Below are positions 16,090-30,623 of a stretch of 64,000 nucleotides of DNA, in pieces (the first letter of the stretch is position 1; each line of letters starts with the position of its first letter). The position numbers were made by a program, and so were the translations under genes. This DNA comes from Octopus vulgaris (taxonomy: Eukaryota): NCBI GenBank assembly GCA_951406725.2, contig OX597836.1, positions 25,854,001 through 25,918,000 on the forward strand, read 5' to 3'. The notes beneath the pieces are model-generated. The model did no database searches, was not told the origin of the DNA, and worked only from the letters and a program-made list of their open reading frames with translations.

Positions 16090-16186
<97 letters not shown>

Positions 16187-16187
<1 letters not shown>

Positions 16188-16395
16188 AGCGGTGAGCTTG
16201 CAGACTCGTTAGCACGCTGGATGAAATGCTAAGCGGTATTTCGCCCGTCGCTACGTTCTGAGTTCAAATTCCGCCGAGGTCGACTTTACCCTTCATCCTT
16301 TCGGGGTCGATAAATTAAGTACCAGTTGAATACTGGGGTCGATGTAATTGACTCATCTCCCACCTCCCCCAAGCTACCCATGTGGAAAATTTGAA
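16187..16395 (+). mobile_element. SINE family B
   Basis: Family B head and core. Confidence 0.85.
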
Positions 16396-16411
16396 ATTAT
16401 CATCATCATCA

Positions 16412-16472
<61 letters not shown>

Positions 16473-17163
16473 CATTATTATTATTAAAATCAATGGCTGA
16501 TGAAATTGTTTGGATGCCGGAAAAAATATGTCGTTGCTTCATTGAATTCAGATCCCAGCGAGATCGATATGATAATCCTGTCAAGAACAGAAAGTCGATT
16601 TAATCGACTTCTCCCCTTTGCACAATCATTGAAACATTGGAGGCCTTGTGCTTATGTGCAAAATTATTTGGATTGGTTTCCATGTCTACAGAATATCTGA
16701 ACATCAACGAGAAAAGTCAATAAGTAAAGAACAAGTGCTACAACCGGGTAACGTTGCAAATTGAAACTACGGCGGCAGCTGATTGGTTTGGAGTACGTCG
16801 CTATCATATTTGATTTTCTGCAGTTCAATATCGAATTATATGCTGCTGTAGCTTTGCATGTTAACGACATCCAGCAACGATGACGACATCAGAATTTAAA
16901 CTGTTCCTTGAACAGCATTACATCTGTGACAACAACACAGAGACCAAAGATAATTGGTGAATGATGATTCAATAAATCAATAGAACGACAACGTAAATAC
17001 GGTTATAGGTCAGACGTTCGAGGCCAAAGTTACTGCCACTTTCATTTAATATTTAACGGTTCACGTGTGCAGAAGTGTTTTTATATGGATAGCAAGAATG
17101 TACGTATGTGTGTGTATGTGCGCCTGTGTGTGCTTGTAAGGACGTAAGGAAGCCCTGATAGGT

Positions 17164-17362
17164 AAGGCAGCGAATCGGCAGAATCATTAGCATACCGGAC
17201 AAAATGTTTAGAGGCATCTCGTTCGTCTTTACGTTCTGAGTTCAAACGTCGCCGGGGTCGACTTTGCCTTTCATCCTTTCGGGATCGATAAAATAGGTAC
17301 CAGTTGAACACTGTGGTCAATTTATCAACTTAACTCCTTCCCCGAAACTTCTGAGCTTGTAA
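17164..17362 (+). mobile_element. SINE family B
   Basis: Near-identical to 11110-11310. Confidence 0.85.
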
Positions 17363-17559
17363 CAAGGAAATAACACTGAATACTAACCACATGTAGTCAA
17401 TATACTGGTACGTGTAAGAATAGGGTACTTAACGTACCCTTCGTTTTTATTACATCAGGATGGGATTTCAGTGTGATTTTGCTGCTATTTTTAGCACCAA
17501 GTCCAAATCCCCACGCTTTAGTGTATAATTCGTTAGGTAGAAATCGTATAATAGCCGGC

Positions 17560-17800
17560 AGAGTACGACGCTATCGAGTAATATTACTCCAGGTACGTAA
17601 CGCGAAGATCAGGAAGTCGCTTCAAGTCGAGTCGCAACTTTTCCGCATTGAAAGGACACAGTTTATTATTAGGGTACTGTGGATATATAAGTAGAATGGT
17701 GCAGGAAATAACCAGAATCGCCAAACAGATTCTTCAAGCCGAGCAAACCGGAGGAAGACCAAGGGATACACCAAGAACCAAGAACAAGAAGATTTTGCGA
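17560..17800 (+). mobile_element. Degenerate RTE-like LINE fragment
   Basis: VRNAKIRKSLQVESQLFRIERTQ / LGYCGYISRMVQE / RIAKQILQAEQTGGRPRDTPRT resembles the RTE C-terminal LRWFGHV.RM..R..K..L..G.RPRGRPR. Confidence 0.6.
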
Positions 17801-19410
17801 ATCCAAATATGAAAAGATGCGACGGCTGTTCCTTGAAGGATCATATGGAAAAGGTACGACTTGCCAAGGTCCCCGCTATGGGTTATTTAGAATGCTACGG
17901 AATTGTTTCCAGGATGTCACTCATAGGCGCCCACAACGGATACAAGGCAGATGAGGCCCTTCTGTTCTTTAGCTTCTCAACTAAGTGAAGATAACTCTAT
18001 ACAAATCCTGCATTCTGACTTCTGGTTTTGCGGCCCTTGTTGCAACCAGCTCTGTACATGTTTGAAGGAGGAGAGAATGGAACTGGCTGGGCACAAACCA
18101 TATCCCCTATATTAATACTCTTCATGCTGGTTTTTCAGCAACTCGGGGCACTAGCACCAACACCATCACACTCTCTTCATTAATCCAGTGGTAACAAGGT
18201 AAGAGGAGACGGGGATAGGTAGATGTCACTGGAGGTCTTCGGATTTGAACCTGCATTATCCTTTTTCACAGATCAGCTGTGCTATATTGAACCCTCATAT
18301 TACTTTAGACATATCGTATACGAAGATGAAGTCTTAGGAGATGACTCACCAACTTAATGTGTTGTTCTGACTAACACGTCAGTTTAGTACAACTACCATC
18401 ATTAGTCCATCACCCCTATCGCCAATAGTACACCACCACCATCATCACTACTACCAACACCACCTTTACCATCACTACAATATACAACCCTACCAGTATC
18501 ATCATCACTACTACTACCATCAACACCGCCATCAAATAAAAGCATTTCCAATATCTTCGTTACTCTCACCGCAACCACCACTACCACCAACACCAACATC
18601 ATCACCATCACCAACACCAACACCACCACCACTACCATCTTCATCAATATTTTCCGCACAACCCTTGGTAACAAAAATTTAATCATTGACCCACGAAGTC
18701 TGCTGATCGATATCTCGGCTATCAGGCCATGCCAGGCCATCAGGTTACAGCGACTCAACACAATTCATCGATATATATCTTACGTCGTCTACATCACGTG
18801 GGAGTTTGTGCTTTTGTTCCAGATGTTTCGAACGAATAATTTTACTTAAATCGCCATCGTTTTAGTCTTGATTACTTTCATTCATTGTACAACAGATTAT
18901 CATAGATCGATTCATCAATCATTTGGCAGCTTCTTCCCCCAGGGAGACATCACTGAGAAAAATACAACGTAAACATATATTGATGCTTATTTATTCATTC
19001 AGCCAAATTGTCTGAAGTTTCCTATGAAATAGAACGAAAAAATGTCAGAAAGCCATTTTGTTTTTTGTTTGTGAGTTTCTGGGAGATTAAGTGCTATATT
19101 GTTCTAGTTGCGAGAAAGTAAAACGGAATTACTGAAGCGATGAAGTGAGCAGATTATTAATTTAATATTTATTGTTGTGTAACTGTTTTATTATTGGTAC
19201 TGAGGCGTATCTACAACCAAGACAACTGCTGATGCTCCAGTTTGTTTTGCTACAAATAAGTTATTAAGACGGTGCAACCAATACAACCTATAAACGTAGA
19301 TGGTCCATGAGTGAGCTTCGAAACTAGTCACAGGAAAACTGCAGCCACGTCTCATGTGGTCAACTTCTCGAAAAATGTTGCTCACGCTTCCCTTCTGTTC
19401 TTATTAAATA

Positions 19411-19830
19411 TACTCTTTACTCTTTTACTCTTTTACTTGTTTCAGTCATTTGACTGCGGCCATGCTGGAGCACCGCCTTTAATCGAGCAACTCGACCCCG
19501 GGACTTATTCTTTTGTAAGCCCAGTACTTATTCTATCGGTTCTTTTGCCGAACCGCTAAGTAACGGGGACACAAACACACCAGTATCGGTTGTCAAGCAA
19601 TGCTAGGGGAACAAATACAGACACACACACACACACACATGCATATATATATATATACATATATACGACGGGCTTCTTTTCAGTTTCCGTCTACCAAATC
19701 CACTCACAAGGCTTTGGTCGGCCCGAGGCTATAGTAGAAGACACTTGCCCAAGGTGCCACCCAGTGGGACTGAACCCGGAACCATGTGGTTGGTAAACAA
19801 GCTACTTACCACACAGCCACTCCTGCGCCT
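19411..19830 (-). mobile_element. tRNA-derived SINE family A, full length
   Basis: Head AGGCGCAGGAGTGGCTGTGTGG..GGGTTCAGTCCC, CORE-like CCTTGGGCAAGTG, internal (TA)/(TG), tail (AAAGAGTA)n. More than 12 copies in the window. Confidence 0.9.
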
Positions 19831-20792
19831 ATATGTTAAAAAATGATAATCAAATCGCTTTCAAATCATTGTGTTCAAAAACCGAAGGATAGATTGGCAG
19901 ATGTATTCACAGATTTACTATGTCTGAAATTTTAAAAAAACACACCGTGAAGTGGTCATAGCTGGAGCGCCACTGGATGTAGCCTCGTTCTACGTGACTA
20001 CAATGGCCTGTCACTTAGGGTAATGCATCTTGTTCTATAATGAATTGTCTTTTAAATATTTGATACCGATAAAATAAAAGTACATCTTTACATGAAACTG
20101 TTAAATGAAACTCTAACAGTTTGTGAAGGTTTTCTTCGGCCTAAAAAAATGTATGTGTGTGTGTGAGGAGACAATTGACAGGACGCCTTACATGATAAAA
20201 AGGCCAGTTAAAACCCAAACCACGAAGAGAATTCATGAGGAACGCTGTTATAAAACTAGAACGAACAAAAAAGTTAATTAGTTAATCCTGAACTCGAGTT
20301 TCAATTATTAATTACTCAACAAACTAATCTGGAATCTGTAGCTCATCAATGGAATCGCTAATTAATGAATAATTATGTAGTTGCAAATACGTATCGAAAA
20401 CATGTGTGCAAGGGAGCTACATTTTTACCCCTCAAGGATTCGAACTTAGCGCGCGAGAGTAAATATATAGTCTAGCAGTAAATAAAGAAATTTAATACTT
20501 TGTCCTATATAGCCTCATAATTACGAATATTACTCTCGTAAATATGAGAATACTACATTAAAATAATTTATTAGCAGTGGTTAGCATAAATAAGTGTCAT
20601 AAGACTTAACACATTTTAAAAAATATATGAGTGTGTAAAGCATGTAAGGAGTCCTGCCAATGGTCTCTACTTTGTGTATAAAAATATTTATACACTCTTA
20701 TATTTTTAAAATTATGTTGTCTTATTTATGACTTTTATTTATGCATGAAAACCACTGGTAATGAATTATGTTAATTTACTACCCTCATATAG

Positions 20793-20825
<33 letters not shown>

Positions 20826-20827
<2 letters not shown>

Positions 20828-21243
20828 CACAAGAGTGGCTGTGTGGTAAGTAGCTTGTTTACCAACCACATGGTTCCGGGTTCAGTCCCACTGCGTGGCA
20901 CTTTGGGCAAGTGTCTTCTACTATAGCCTCGGGCCGACCAAAGCCTTGTGAGTGGATTTGGTAGACGGAAACTGAAAGAAGACCGTCGTATATATGTATA
21001 TATATATATATATGCGTGTGTGTGTTTGTGTGAGTGTGTTTGTCCCCCTAGCATTGCTTGACAACCGATGCTGGTGTGTTTATGTCCCCGTTACTTAGCG
21101 GTTCAGCAAAAGAGACCGATAGAATAAGTACTGGGCTTACAAAAAGAATAAGTCCCAGGTCGAGTTGCTCGATTAAAGGCGGTGCTCCAGCATGGCCGCA
21201 GTCAAATGACTGAAACAAGTAAAAGAGTAAAAAAGAGTAAAAA

Positions 21244-21246
<3 letters not shown>
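20826..21246 (+). mobile_element. SINE family A, full length
   Basis: Near-identical inverted copy of 19411-19830. Confidence 0.9.
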
Positions 21247-21280
<34 letters not shown>

Positions 21281-21355
21281 AACTGATACTGGAAGAGAAG
21301 CTTTAGAAAGCACGATATAAGGTTTTTACCCCCACATGAACATATATATATATAT

Positions 21356-21503
21356 AGTGGCTGTGTGGTAAGAAGCTTGCTTCGTAACTATGTGGTTCTG
21401 GGTTCAGTCCCACTGCGTGGCACCTTGGGCATGTGTCTTCTACTATAGCCTCGGACCGACCAAAGCCTTGAAAGTGGACTTGGTAGACGGAAACTGAAAG
21501 AAA
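21356..21503 (+). mobile_element. SINE family A, 5' half
   Basis: GTGGCTGTGTGGTAAG..GGTAGACGGAAACTGAAAGAA. Confidence 0.85.
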
Positions 21504-21607
21504 CTTGTTGCTGTTGTTGTTTTGTTGCTATTTTAAACCACATATCAATCTTGGATACTTCAAGGGTCTAAGACATTCCTGTCGTGGCCATCAAGTCTAT
21601 TCAGATA

Positions 21608-21797
21608 AAGAAAGAGGTATTTCGTCTGTCTTTACGTTCTGTGTTCAAATTTCGCCGAGACCGCCTTTGCTTTTCATCCTTTCGGAATCGATAAATTAAG
21701 TACCAGTTGCGTACTGGAGTTGATCTAATCCACTGGGACCCCCCACCCTACCCACCCCCAAAAATTCCGGCCCTTGTGCCTAGAGAAGAAAAGAATA
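21608..21797 (+). mobile_element. SINE family B, 5'-truncated
   Basis: GGTATTTCGTCTGTCTTTACGTTCTG..TAAGTACCAGTTGCGTACTGG. Confidence 0.8.
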
Positions 21798-21946
21798 TTG
21801 CAGGAGTTGTATAAAAGTAAGTGAAACTAAACCAACATAACACCTAACAAAAGTAAATAAGTATATAACAAAAAAGGTAAATTAATTAAAAATAAATATA
21901 AACACAAATATATAAATCAAAAAAACACACACATATAAATAAATAC

Positions 21947-22025
<79 letters not shown>

Positions 22026-22072
22026 CATAAATGTAGACACAAATAAATAATGACAACATACACACACACACG

Positions 22073-22126
<54 letters not shown>

Positions 22127-22251
22127 ATATATATATATAAATGTATATATATATACATAAATGTAGACAAAAATAAATAATTACAACATACACACACACA
22201 CATACACACACACACATACACACACATACACACACACACACACATACACAC

Positions 22252-22368
<117 letters not shown>

Positions 22369-22769
22369 AGCATACATGAATACAAATATAAAAACACAAA
22401 TATATACGCATAAATAAAAATTAAATATAAACGCAAATACAAGTAGATAACGAATACGGGAAGACAGAAATTAATACATAATAAAAAAAGAAACAAACAA
22501 AAATGAGAGATAACAACAAGACGAAAGAGGAAACGAGAGTGAATCACCGGAAATGGCGTTTAAAGATTAAATAGGAAACCGTAGAAGAGACAGCGATAAT
22601 GATTCCTAGAAACACTTTAAGAGAGAGGTTTGTTTAATTTAGCTATTACCGTATCCATTGTGACTGAAGCATCAATGATATTTGTCATTCATTTTATGGC
22701 TTTTATATATTTATTGTGTTGCAGTTCTCCCTATATATATATTTTTGTGTTGCAGTTCTCCCTACCCCA

Positions 22770-22824
<55 letters not shown>

Positions 22825-22990
22825 ACGTTTGTATGTTATTAGCGTGTTATGTAGGTAGGTAGGTATGTATGTATATTTCATTGACTATATTTGCGTGTTA
22901 TGCAATTATTTTTGCGCTACAAAATCTTTTGGCGTTTATGTTATAGTAACAAAAGTCTTATATATTTAAATTTATCTATCTATCTATCTG

Positions 22991-23103
<113 letters not shown>

Positions 23104-23175
23104 TTATCTACCTATCTATGTATATATCTATGTATCTATCTATGTATCTATTTGTCTGTCTATCTGTCTATCTAT

Positions 23176-23222
<47 letters not shown>

Positions 23223-23223
<1 letters not shown>

Positions 23224-23338
23224 TAGCTTGCTAACCAACCACATGGTTCCGCGTTCATTCTTACTGCGTGGTACCTTACGCAAGTGACTTCTACTACCTT
23301 GTGAGTAGATTTGGTAGACGGAAACTGAAAGAAGCCTG

Positions 23339-23408
<70 letters not shown>

Positions 23409-23653
23409 CATGTATACGCATACATATATGTATGTATGTGTATATGTTTGTATGTGTGTGTTTGTTCTCCCAACATCGCTTGACAACCGATACTAGTGTG
23501 TTTATATCACCGTAAACCAGCGGTTCGGCACAAGAGACCGATATAAGTACTAGTCTTACAAAGAACAAGTTCTAGGGTCGATTTGCTCGACTAAAAGCCG
23601 TGCTCCAGCATGGCTGCAGTATGATGACTGAAACAAGTAAAACAATAAAAGAA
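23223..23653 (+). mobile_element. SINE family A
   Basis: Matches the family A sequence with small deletions. Confidence 0.85.
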
Positions 23654-23702
23654 TATATATGTATATAATTTATGAGCGTATATATAAATATATATATATA
23701 AG

Positions 23703-23972
23703 ATGAATAAAAAAAATGAAGTTAACGCAGGTGTTATCAAATATTTTTACTTTCGACACACGTTTCGAAAATTCCACTGATACTATTCAAAAGAATAAAT
23801 GGTATAAACAATGCAATCTTCTCCTCAGGAAAGTGAAAAAAACGAAACTGAGGAGAAGATTGCATTGTTTATACCATTTATTCTTTTGAATAGTATCAGT
23901 GGAATTTTCGAAACATGTGTCTAAAGTAAAAATATTTGATAACACCTGCGTTAACTCCATTTTTTTATTCAT
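23703..23972. repeat. Long inverted repeat (~125 bp arms, 19 nt spacer)
   Basis: 23703-23828 is the near-perfect reverse complement of 23848-23972. The right side continues ~140 bp to a (TA)n tract. Confidence 0.95.
23848..23921 (+). ncRNA. Hammerhead-like motif with long helix II (inverted copy at ~23755-23828, -)
   Basis: CTGAGGA (23848-54), GAAGATT pairing with AATTTTC (23903-09) and extended by CATTG/CAGTG, then GAAA-CATGTG-TC. The 5' strand of helix I is missing. Confidence 0.65.
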
Positions 23973-24113
23973 ATTATTCAAAATATTCAACGTAAACGCG
24001 AAGTTTCTACCTTTATAAACAAGGAGTTACAACACCTTTACTTGTGAGATTTTTGCTGCCCTGGTAACTATTTTTTTTCCGTGTTAATTGTTAACAAGGT
24101 AAAAATACACTCA

Positions 24114-24221
<108 letters not shown>

Positions 24222-24667
24222 CATATGCACATATACATATATATGCATATATGTATGATGAAGGAGATTGAGAGAGCGCGGAGGAGGTAAATTGAGACCA
24301 ATTAAATATATATATAAAGAAATGAAACAAACTAAAACAACAAAATATCAACAGCAAAATAAAAGAATGTAAATATCTTATCTTTATATATATACACTAT
24401 GCTACTCATATACACAAATATACATTATGTTTGGTATGCGTGTACATAAATATATGCACGCATATTTGTCCATATATATGTGTGTGTGTGTGTGTATGCG
24501 TGTGTGTGTGTATGTGTGTTTGTGCGTATGTGTGTGCGCTCGCGCCCGCATAGTAATTTTCCAGTCTACACGTCTTCAATTTTGCAGACTATTATCTCGG
24601 ATAATAGGAGCGTATTATATTTTTCGCCCTCTTCAGCTACATACACAAACTCACACGCAGACACACT

Positions 24668-24721
<54 letters not shown>

Positions 24722-25107
24722 TACACACACGCATACACGCATATACTCGCTCACTCACTCACTTACACACGCATACGCATGCCTCCATGCATACATATAC
24801 TCACACGTCTACGTACACACATATTGTTATATTCATATTTATATTTCATAACTACATTATGTATGATGGCGAACGTGTGATGTTGAGAGTGGAACAAAGT
24901 GGCTTCTTATCTTTATTCGTGATCATTCTTACTGAATCCTGCTGCTTTGTCTGTCCTCTTCAGTAATAAAGCTTGTCCGCTATCTACGTGAACACCACCT
25001 TAATCTGAGTCTTGGTTACTTCTATCAAAATCCCCTACTATCTGAGAAACCAATATCTTCTGTTGCTTCTTATTGCAGTAATACATGGATCTTGGTTTCT
25101 TATTCCC

Positions 25108-25412
<305 letters not shown>

Positions 25413-25607
25413 GCGTGTGCTTTTATGAGTTTATATGTGTTTGTTTGTGTGTGTGTGTGTGTGTGGGAGCTCGTGTGTGAAAAATATTTGTTCATATACG
25501 TATTGTAGTAGCCGTGTGAATAGAATATTTGAGCAGGTGTTCAAGCTTCAGGAGTTCCAACCCACCATATAACTATCCATCTATCTATCTATCTGACTAT
25601 CTCTCTG

Positions 25608-25668
<61 letters not shown>

Positions 25669-25697
25669 GTATGTATGTATGTGTATGTATATATGTG

Positions 25698-25763
<66 letters not shown>

Positions 25764-25871
25764 ATTTACAAAAAACAAAAGACAAAGACGGGTTTGTAAG
25801 CAAACAGATGTATTAGTTTAACGCTCGGGAAGTGACAAAGTCTTTTACATTTCGAGACTACGCTCTTCAAC

Positions 25872-25915
<44 letters not shown>

Positions 25916-26669
25916 AGGGCGGAAGAGAAGGAAGGAGAGAGAGGGTGAGAGAGCGATAAGCACGTCTCACTGAAAGGTTAGTTGTGATAATTGTCATTAA
26001 ACGTAATAGATATGCTGCCACCCATGGTGTTAACGGCTCAGTCATAAATCTATATACAAACATAGAAATGCACTTTGAATATCGGTGTTATAACGGCTTT
26101 TATATATCTATCTATATGTAAGTGTGTGCGTGTGTATGTAAACCCCCCATATATATATATATATATATATATATGCGCATGCACACATACCCACCTATAC
26201 ATGTGTGTGTGTGTTTGAGCATTTGTGTGTTTTTGTATCTATAGCTAACTAGACATCTAGATTATTATCGTATCCATAGCAAACATTGACATCTAGATTA
26301 GCACGCACGCGTACATCACACACGCACACATACACATATATACACAGGCACGCACACGCATGCACGCACACACACTGGCAGGTCCGTGTTGATAAAAGGT
26401 CCTACAATAAATAAGAGATCTGTGACTCGCATATTCTAGCGACATACAGACAGACTAGGAAATTGCTCGATGAATACTCACGCGTGTCCCAATCCTTCTC
26501 GTGCTAACTAGCTAAATGGATCTCCGTCGGCGTCTATGATGATTATTCAGCTGTTCACTCACTTAAATTACTTACTCATTGAATTAATACTGAAGTGACT
26601 GAGCATACCCGAGGTATACGTATACCTTTAATGCAATTCTTGAGAAGGTGCGATTCCCAGCTGTGACAC

Positions 26670-26897
26670 ACTCTATTTCACGTTGCACCAGTCCACTCGG
26701 TTGGCACATATACGCAGTACCTGTAATTCAAAGAGCTAGCCTTATCACAGACTGTGTGACGCTGAATCTCCCCGAAGAACGACTTGAAGAGTACACGTAA
26801 TGGTGGAAAGCTCCGCCACTCGGACGTTCATTTGACGAGTAGGTTGTTCTGTTGATCGGATCAACTGGAACGCTTGGCGTCGTAACGGACGGAGAGC
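26670..26897 (+). mobile_element. SINE family C, headless degenerate copy
   Basis: GACGCTGAATCTCCCCGAAG..TTGATCGGATCAACTGGAAC matches 2035-2148. Confidence 0.65.
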
Positions 26898-27422
26898 GAG
26901 GCCATTTAAGTCTTAAATCGACATGGCAAACAGTTTGTGTGTGAGAAGGCCGGACCTTTTGAATTATAGCCACAGACCATCAGACTAGAGTCTACAAACT
27001 TTCCTCTTATGCAATTTGACTCAACCCGTGACTTTAGTAAAGTTGTAAAGTTATTTGCATAAGATACCATGTAGTAGAACCGAATCTTTGTTCTGGGCAT
27101 TATTAAAAGTGAACTGCTTAAACTAGCGCCCAGGTGTCGTCCATTTTAGAAAGTACCGCCTAACTGGTGTGCGACATTGAGTTACAGCTGAAATAATAAG
27201 TCTGCACTAGAGTACATATATATATATATATATATTAAAAAATATATGTATATATATAAATAGATATATTTTTTAATAATATATTATTATTATTAATATA
27301 AGGGAAATAATATCCAAACTCATCATAAAGATATACCCGTGTGAAAGAACTTATTGTATTAAAAATATAAATGTAAAGTATAAAATAAATTTGATAGTTT
27401 AAATGTCTTGAATTAACTATTT

Positions 27423-27527
27423 AAAGCATGTTACGATCGTTTCGCAGAATAGTTGTCCCTATAATGAAATCCTATATTGATCAGCATTTAGAGACAACTC
27501 TTCTGTTCTTCCAAGCCAACATGCTTT
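27423..27527 (-). ncRNA. Decayed hammerhead-like fold
   Basis: Minus strand: AAAGCATGTT..cttggaaga-ACAGAAGAGTTGTCTCTA..TAGGGACAACTATTCTGC-GAAA-CGATCG-T-AACATGCTTT. This gives a 10-bp helix I, a ~17-bp helix II and a palindromic helix III; the core is degenerate. Confidence 0.55.
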
Positions 27528-28007
27528 CGAAGGGAGTTTCTTAACCATACAGCCATGCTAGCGCCTGTTTAAACACAGGCTACCATACTAAATGCGTTGA
27601 GCTGAAATTTACATTTCCATTTAATGTATTCAAAATATCAGTTGTAAAACAAGAACAGCCATTACGTTAATGAAATCATTCGAGAGTGATCTCCCTTGGT
27701 ACAATATTATATTAATGTTCATTAACTCTACTTACGCTCCATCACGTTACAATAATAATTTCAATTGATTAAAACTAATTTCAAACTCACAACCTTAAAA
27801 TATGGTACCCTGCAATTAACTATTATGGTCTTAAATAAGAAAAGGTTACCATGGGAAATTTTCCAACACACACACAGAAGCACATAAATACATATATGTA
27901 TGTATGTATAATATATATATATATATAAATTTATAAATGAGGGTGAAAAATTGATATTAATTTAATAATACCATTAATTTAACACCGAGTGGCTTAACTC
28001 TCTAATA

Positions 28008-28104
<97 letters not shown>

Positions 28105-28169
28105 TGTATATATATGTATGTACATGTGTATATATATATTCGCTATGGTAGATCGCAAGACAATACACA

Positions 28170-28310
28170 TTCTTTATTTTCTCCCCTTGCTTCTTTCTGA
28201 GTTCCTTTCTGTGGAAGACTTTTTCACTTCCCGAGCGTTATACTAATACACCTGTTTGTTGTCTACACGACCTGTCTTCGTCTTTTGTATTTTGTGAATT
28301 CTGCCCCTAT
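28170..28310 (+). mobile_element. PLE-like terminal fragment lacking the hammerhead core
   Basis: Pyrimidine tract, TTCCCGAGCGTTA..TAATACA..TTGTTG..TTTTG, parallels 63357-63430 (TTCCTGAGCGCCTA..TAATA..TTGTTG). Confidence 0.4.
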
Positions 28311-28502
28311 ATACGTACATGTGTGTGTATGCGCACGTGTGTGTGAGTGTATGCGTGAGGTGTGTGCGTTTTCCCCATTGTATTATGTTTCCTAAACAGA
28401 TTGAAGTCACAACCCACTTTGGTTTATTTCCAATAGCGTTTTCTTGTTGCCACCGATAATTTCGTAAGCCATATAGCTTGAAGCCACAATTGTAAAGAAG
28501 AC

Positions 28503-28755
28503 AATAATGGCGATCATAATAATAATAATAATAATAGTAATAATAATAATAGTAATAATAACAATGACAACGACGACGACGACGTTGATGATGGTGGTAG
28601 TGATGGTGATGATGATGTTGATGTTGAGAATAATAATAAGACGAGGAAGACGAAGAAGAACAACAACAACAGCAACAACGACCACCACCACCACCAGTAA
28701 CACCACGATGATGATAATGATGATGATGATGAAGTTCACGAGAATAATAATAATG

Positions 28756-28792
<37 letters not shown>

Positions 28793-28805
28793 TGATGATG
28801 ATGAT

Positions 28806-28851
<46 letters not shown>

Positions 28852-29046
28852 TTAATAATGATGATGATGATGGTAATAATGATAATAATAATAATAATGA
28901 TGATGATGATGATGATAATATTAATAATAATAATAATAATAATAGTAATAATAATAATAATGATGATGATGATGATGATGGTAATAATAATAATAATAAT
29001 AATAGTAGTAGTAATAATAATAATAATGATGATGATGATGATGATG

Positions 29047-29102
<56 letters not shown>

Positions 29103-29210
29103 CATTAATAATAATAATAACCAAAATAATAATAATAATAACCACAACAAAACGACGATGATTATGATGATGATGATAATGACGATGATGATGATGATGA
29201 TACAATAATA
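28503..29210. repeat. Compound (TAA)n/(TGA)n trinucleotide tract
   Basis: Direct reading of the sequence. Confidence 0.97.
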
Positions 29211-29432
29211 ACAATAAATAGCAAAAAGCCCTTCTTTTTTCCTGTTTCTGTTTATTTTATTTTTCCTTTCCGGGCAAAACACAAAACAGCTTCTTTTTCT
29301 GTTAGAGATTATTTCAACTCCCTCGGTGGCATCTTTTTGACAATATTCCAAAGAATCACAAGAATTTAAAAGCATCCTTAGATGCCGCTGATTTCTTTAA
29401 AAATTTTCTCTATCACATATGTAAAAATACAG

Positions 29433-29481
<49 letters not shown>

Positions 29482-29713
29482 TACACACGTATACATATAT
29501 ATGTGTAAATATATATGTATGTGTATATATACATACATGTATACGTACACACTAACACACACACATAACTCTGTGTATATACACCTACATACATACGCAC
29601 GCGCACATACGTACACAGAAACACAAACATGTGCACACACAGAAACATATACATATATATCATATGTGTGAATATATATATATAAAATTATATATATATA
29701 TATATATATGTAA

Positions 29714-29774
<61 letters not shown>

Positions 29775-29788
29775 TATGTATGTATATA

Positions 29789-30319
29789 TTGCGTCATCCC
29801 ATAAATAACGCGGTTTTTCAATTGTATGAACTAAAAGTCGGAGGAGGACGGGATAAACTACCTGCATCAAATTGCTATAAAAGCAGGTAGTAATTTTACA
29901 TTGTCCTTATTCTTAGTGCACGTTTTGAAGAGTGCAGTTCGATTTTAACAGTTATTTTTTTCGAAGCTATAATGGAAGTGACAAAGGAGCATATTTTGCT
30001 TTATGAGTTCAACGGAAACCGTGCGGAATATTGATACAGTGTATGTGGATCAGACAATATGCGTAAGCCATTGTCAACGGGGTTTCCGCAAGTTTCGACC
30101 CGGAAACTACAACCTAGAAGACGAACCTCGTCCTGGAATATCTGTAGAGCTCGACGAGGACGTCCTGCAAACCCTGGTGGAACAAAAACTCATCGGCACT
30201 GTTGAGGAACTAACAGAGAAATTTGGATTCGATCATTCAACCTTATTCAGCACCTGCTGCGTACCATCGGAAAAGTCAGCAAATTGGGTCAATGGGTTTC
30301 TCACAAACTTCCCGAGTCT
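29789..30319 (+). mobile_element. mariner transposon 5' fragment (left TIR + transposase N-terminus, pseudogenised)
   Basis: TA then TTGCGTCATCCCATAAATAACGCGGTTT. ATG at 29972: MEVTKEHILLYEFN/TETVRNIDTVY..FRKFRPGNYNLEDEPRPG..TVEELTEKFGFDHST/IGKVSKLGQWVSHKL (WVPHEL-like). Ends at a SINE. Confidence 0.85.
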
Positions 30320-30321
30320 AT

Positions 30322-30623
30322 ATGTTTTTGTTCCTTTTCGAGCCATGTCTGGCTCATAAGGGCCGGTTTCCCGGTTTCCTTGGCGTATAGGTTCCTCACG
30401 TGAACGGGACGCCGGTCCGTAGCAGGTGAGCTGCAAGATGCAGGAGGAAAGAGTGAGAGAAAGATGTGGTGAAAGAGTCAGCAGAAGTTCGCCAGTACCT
30501 TCTGCCGGAGCCGCGTGGACCTTAGGTGTTTCACTCATAAACACACACATCGCCCGTCTGAAATTCGAACACGCGATCCCTCGATCGCGAGTCAGCTGTT
30601 CTAACCACTATGCCATGTGCCTC

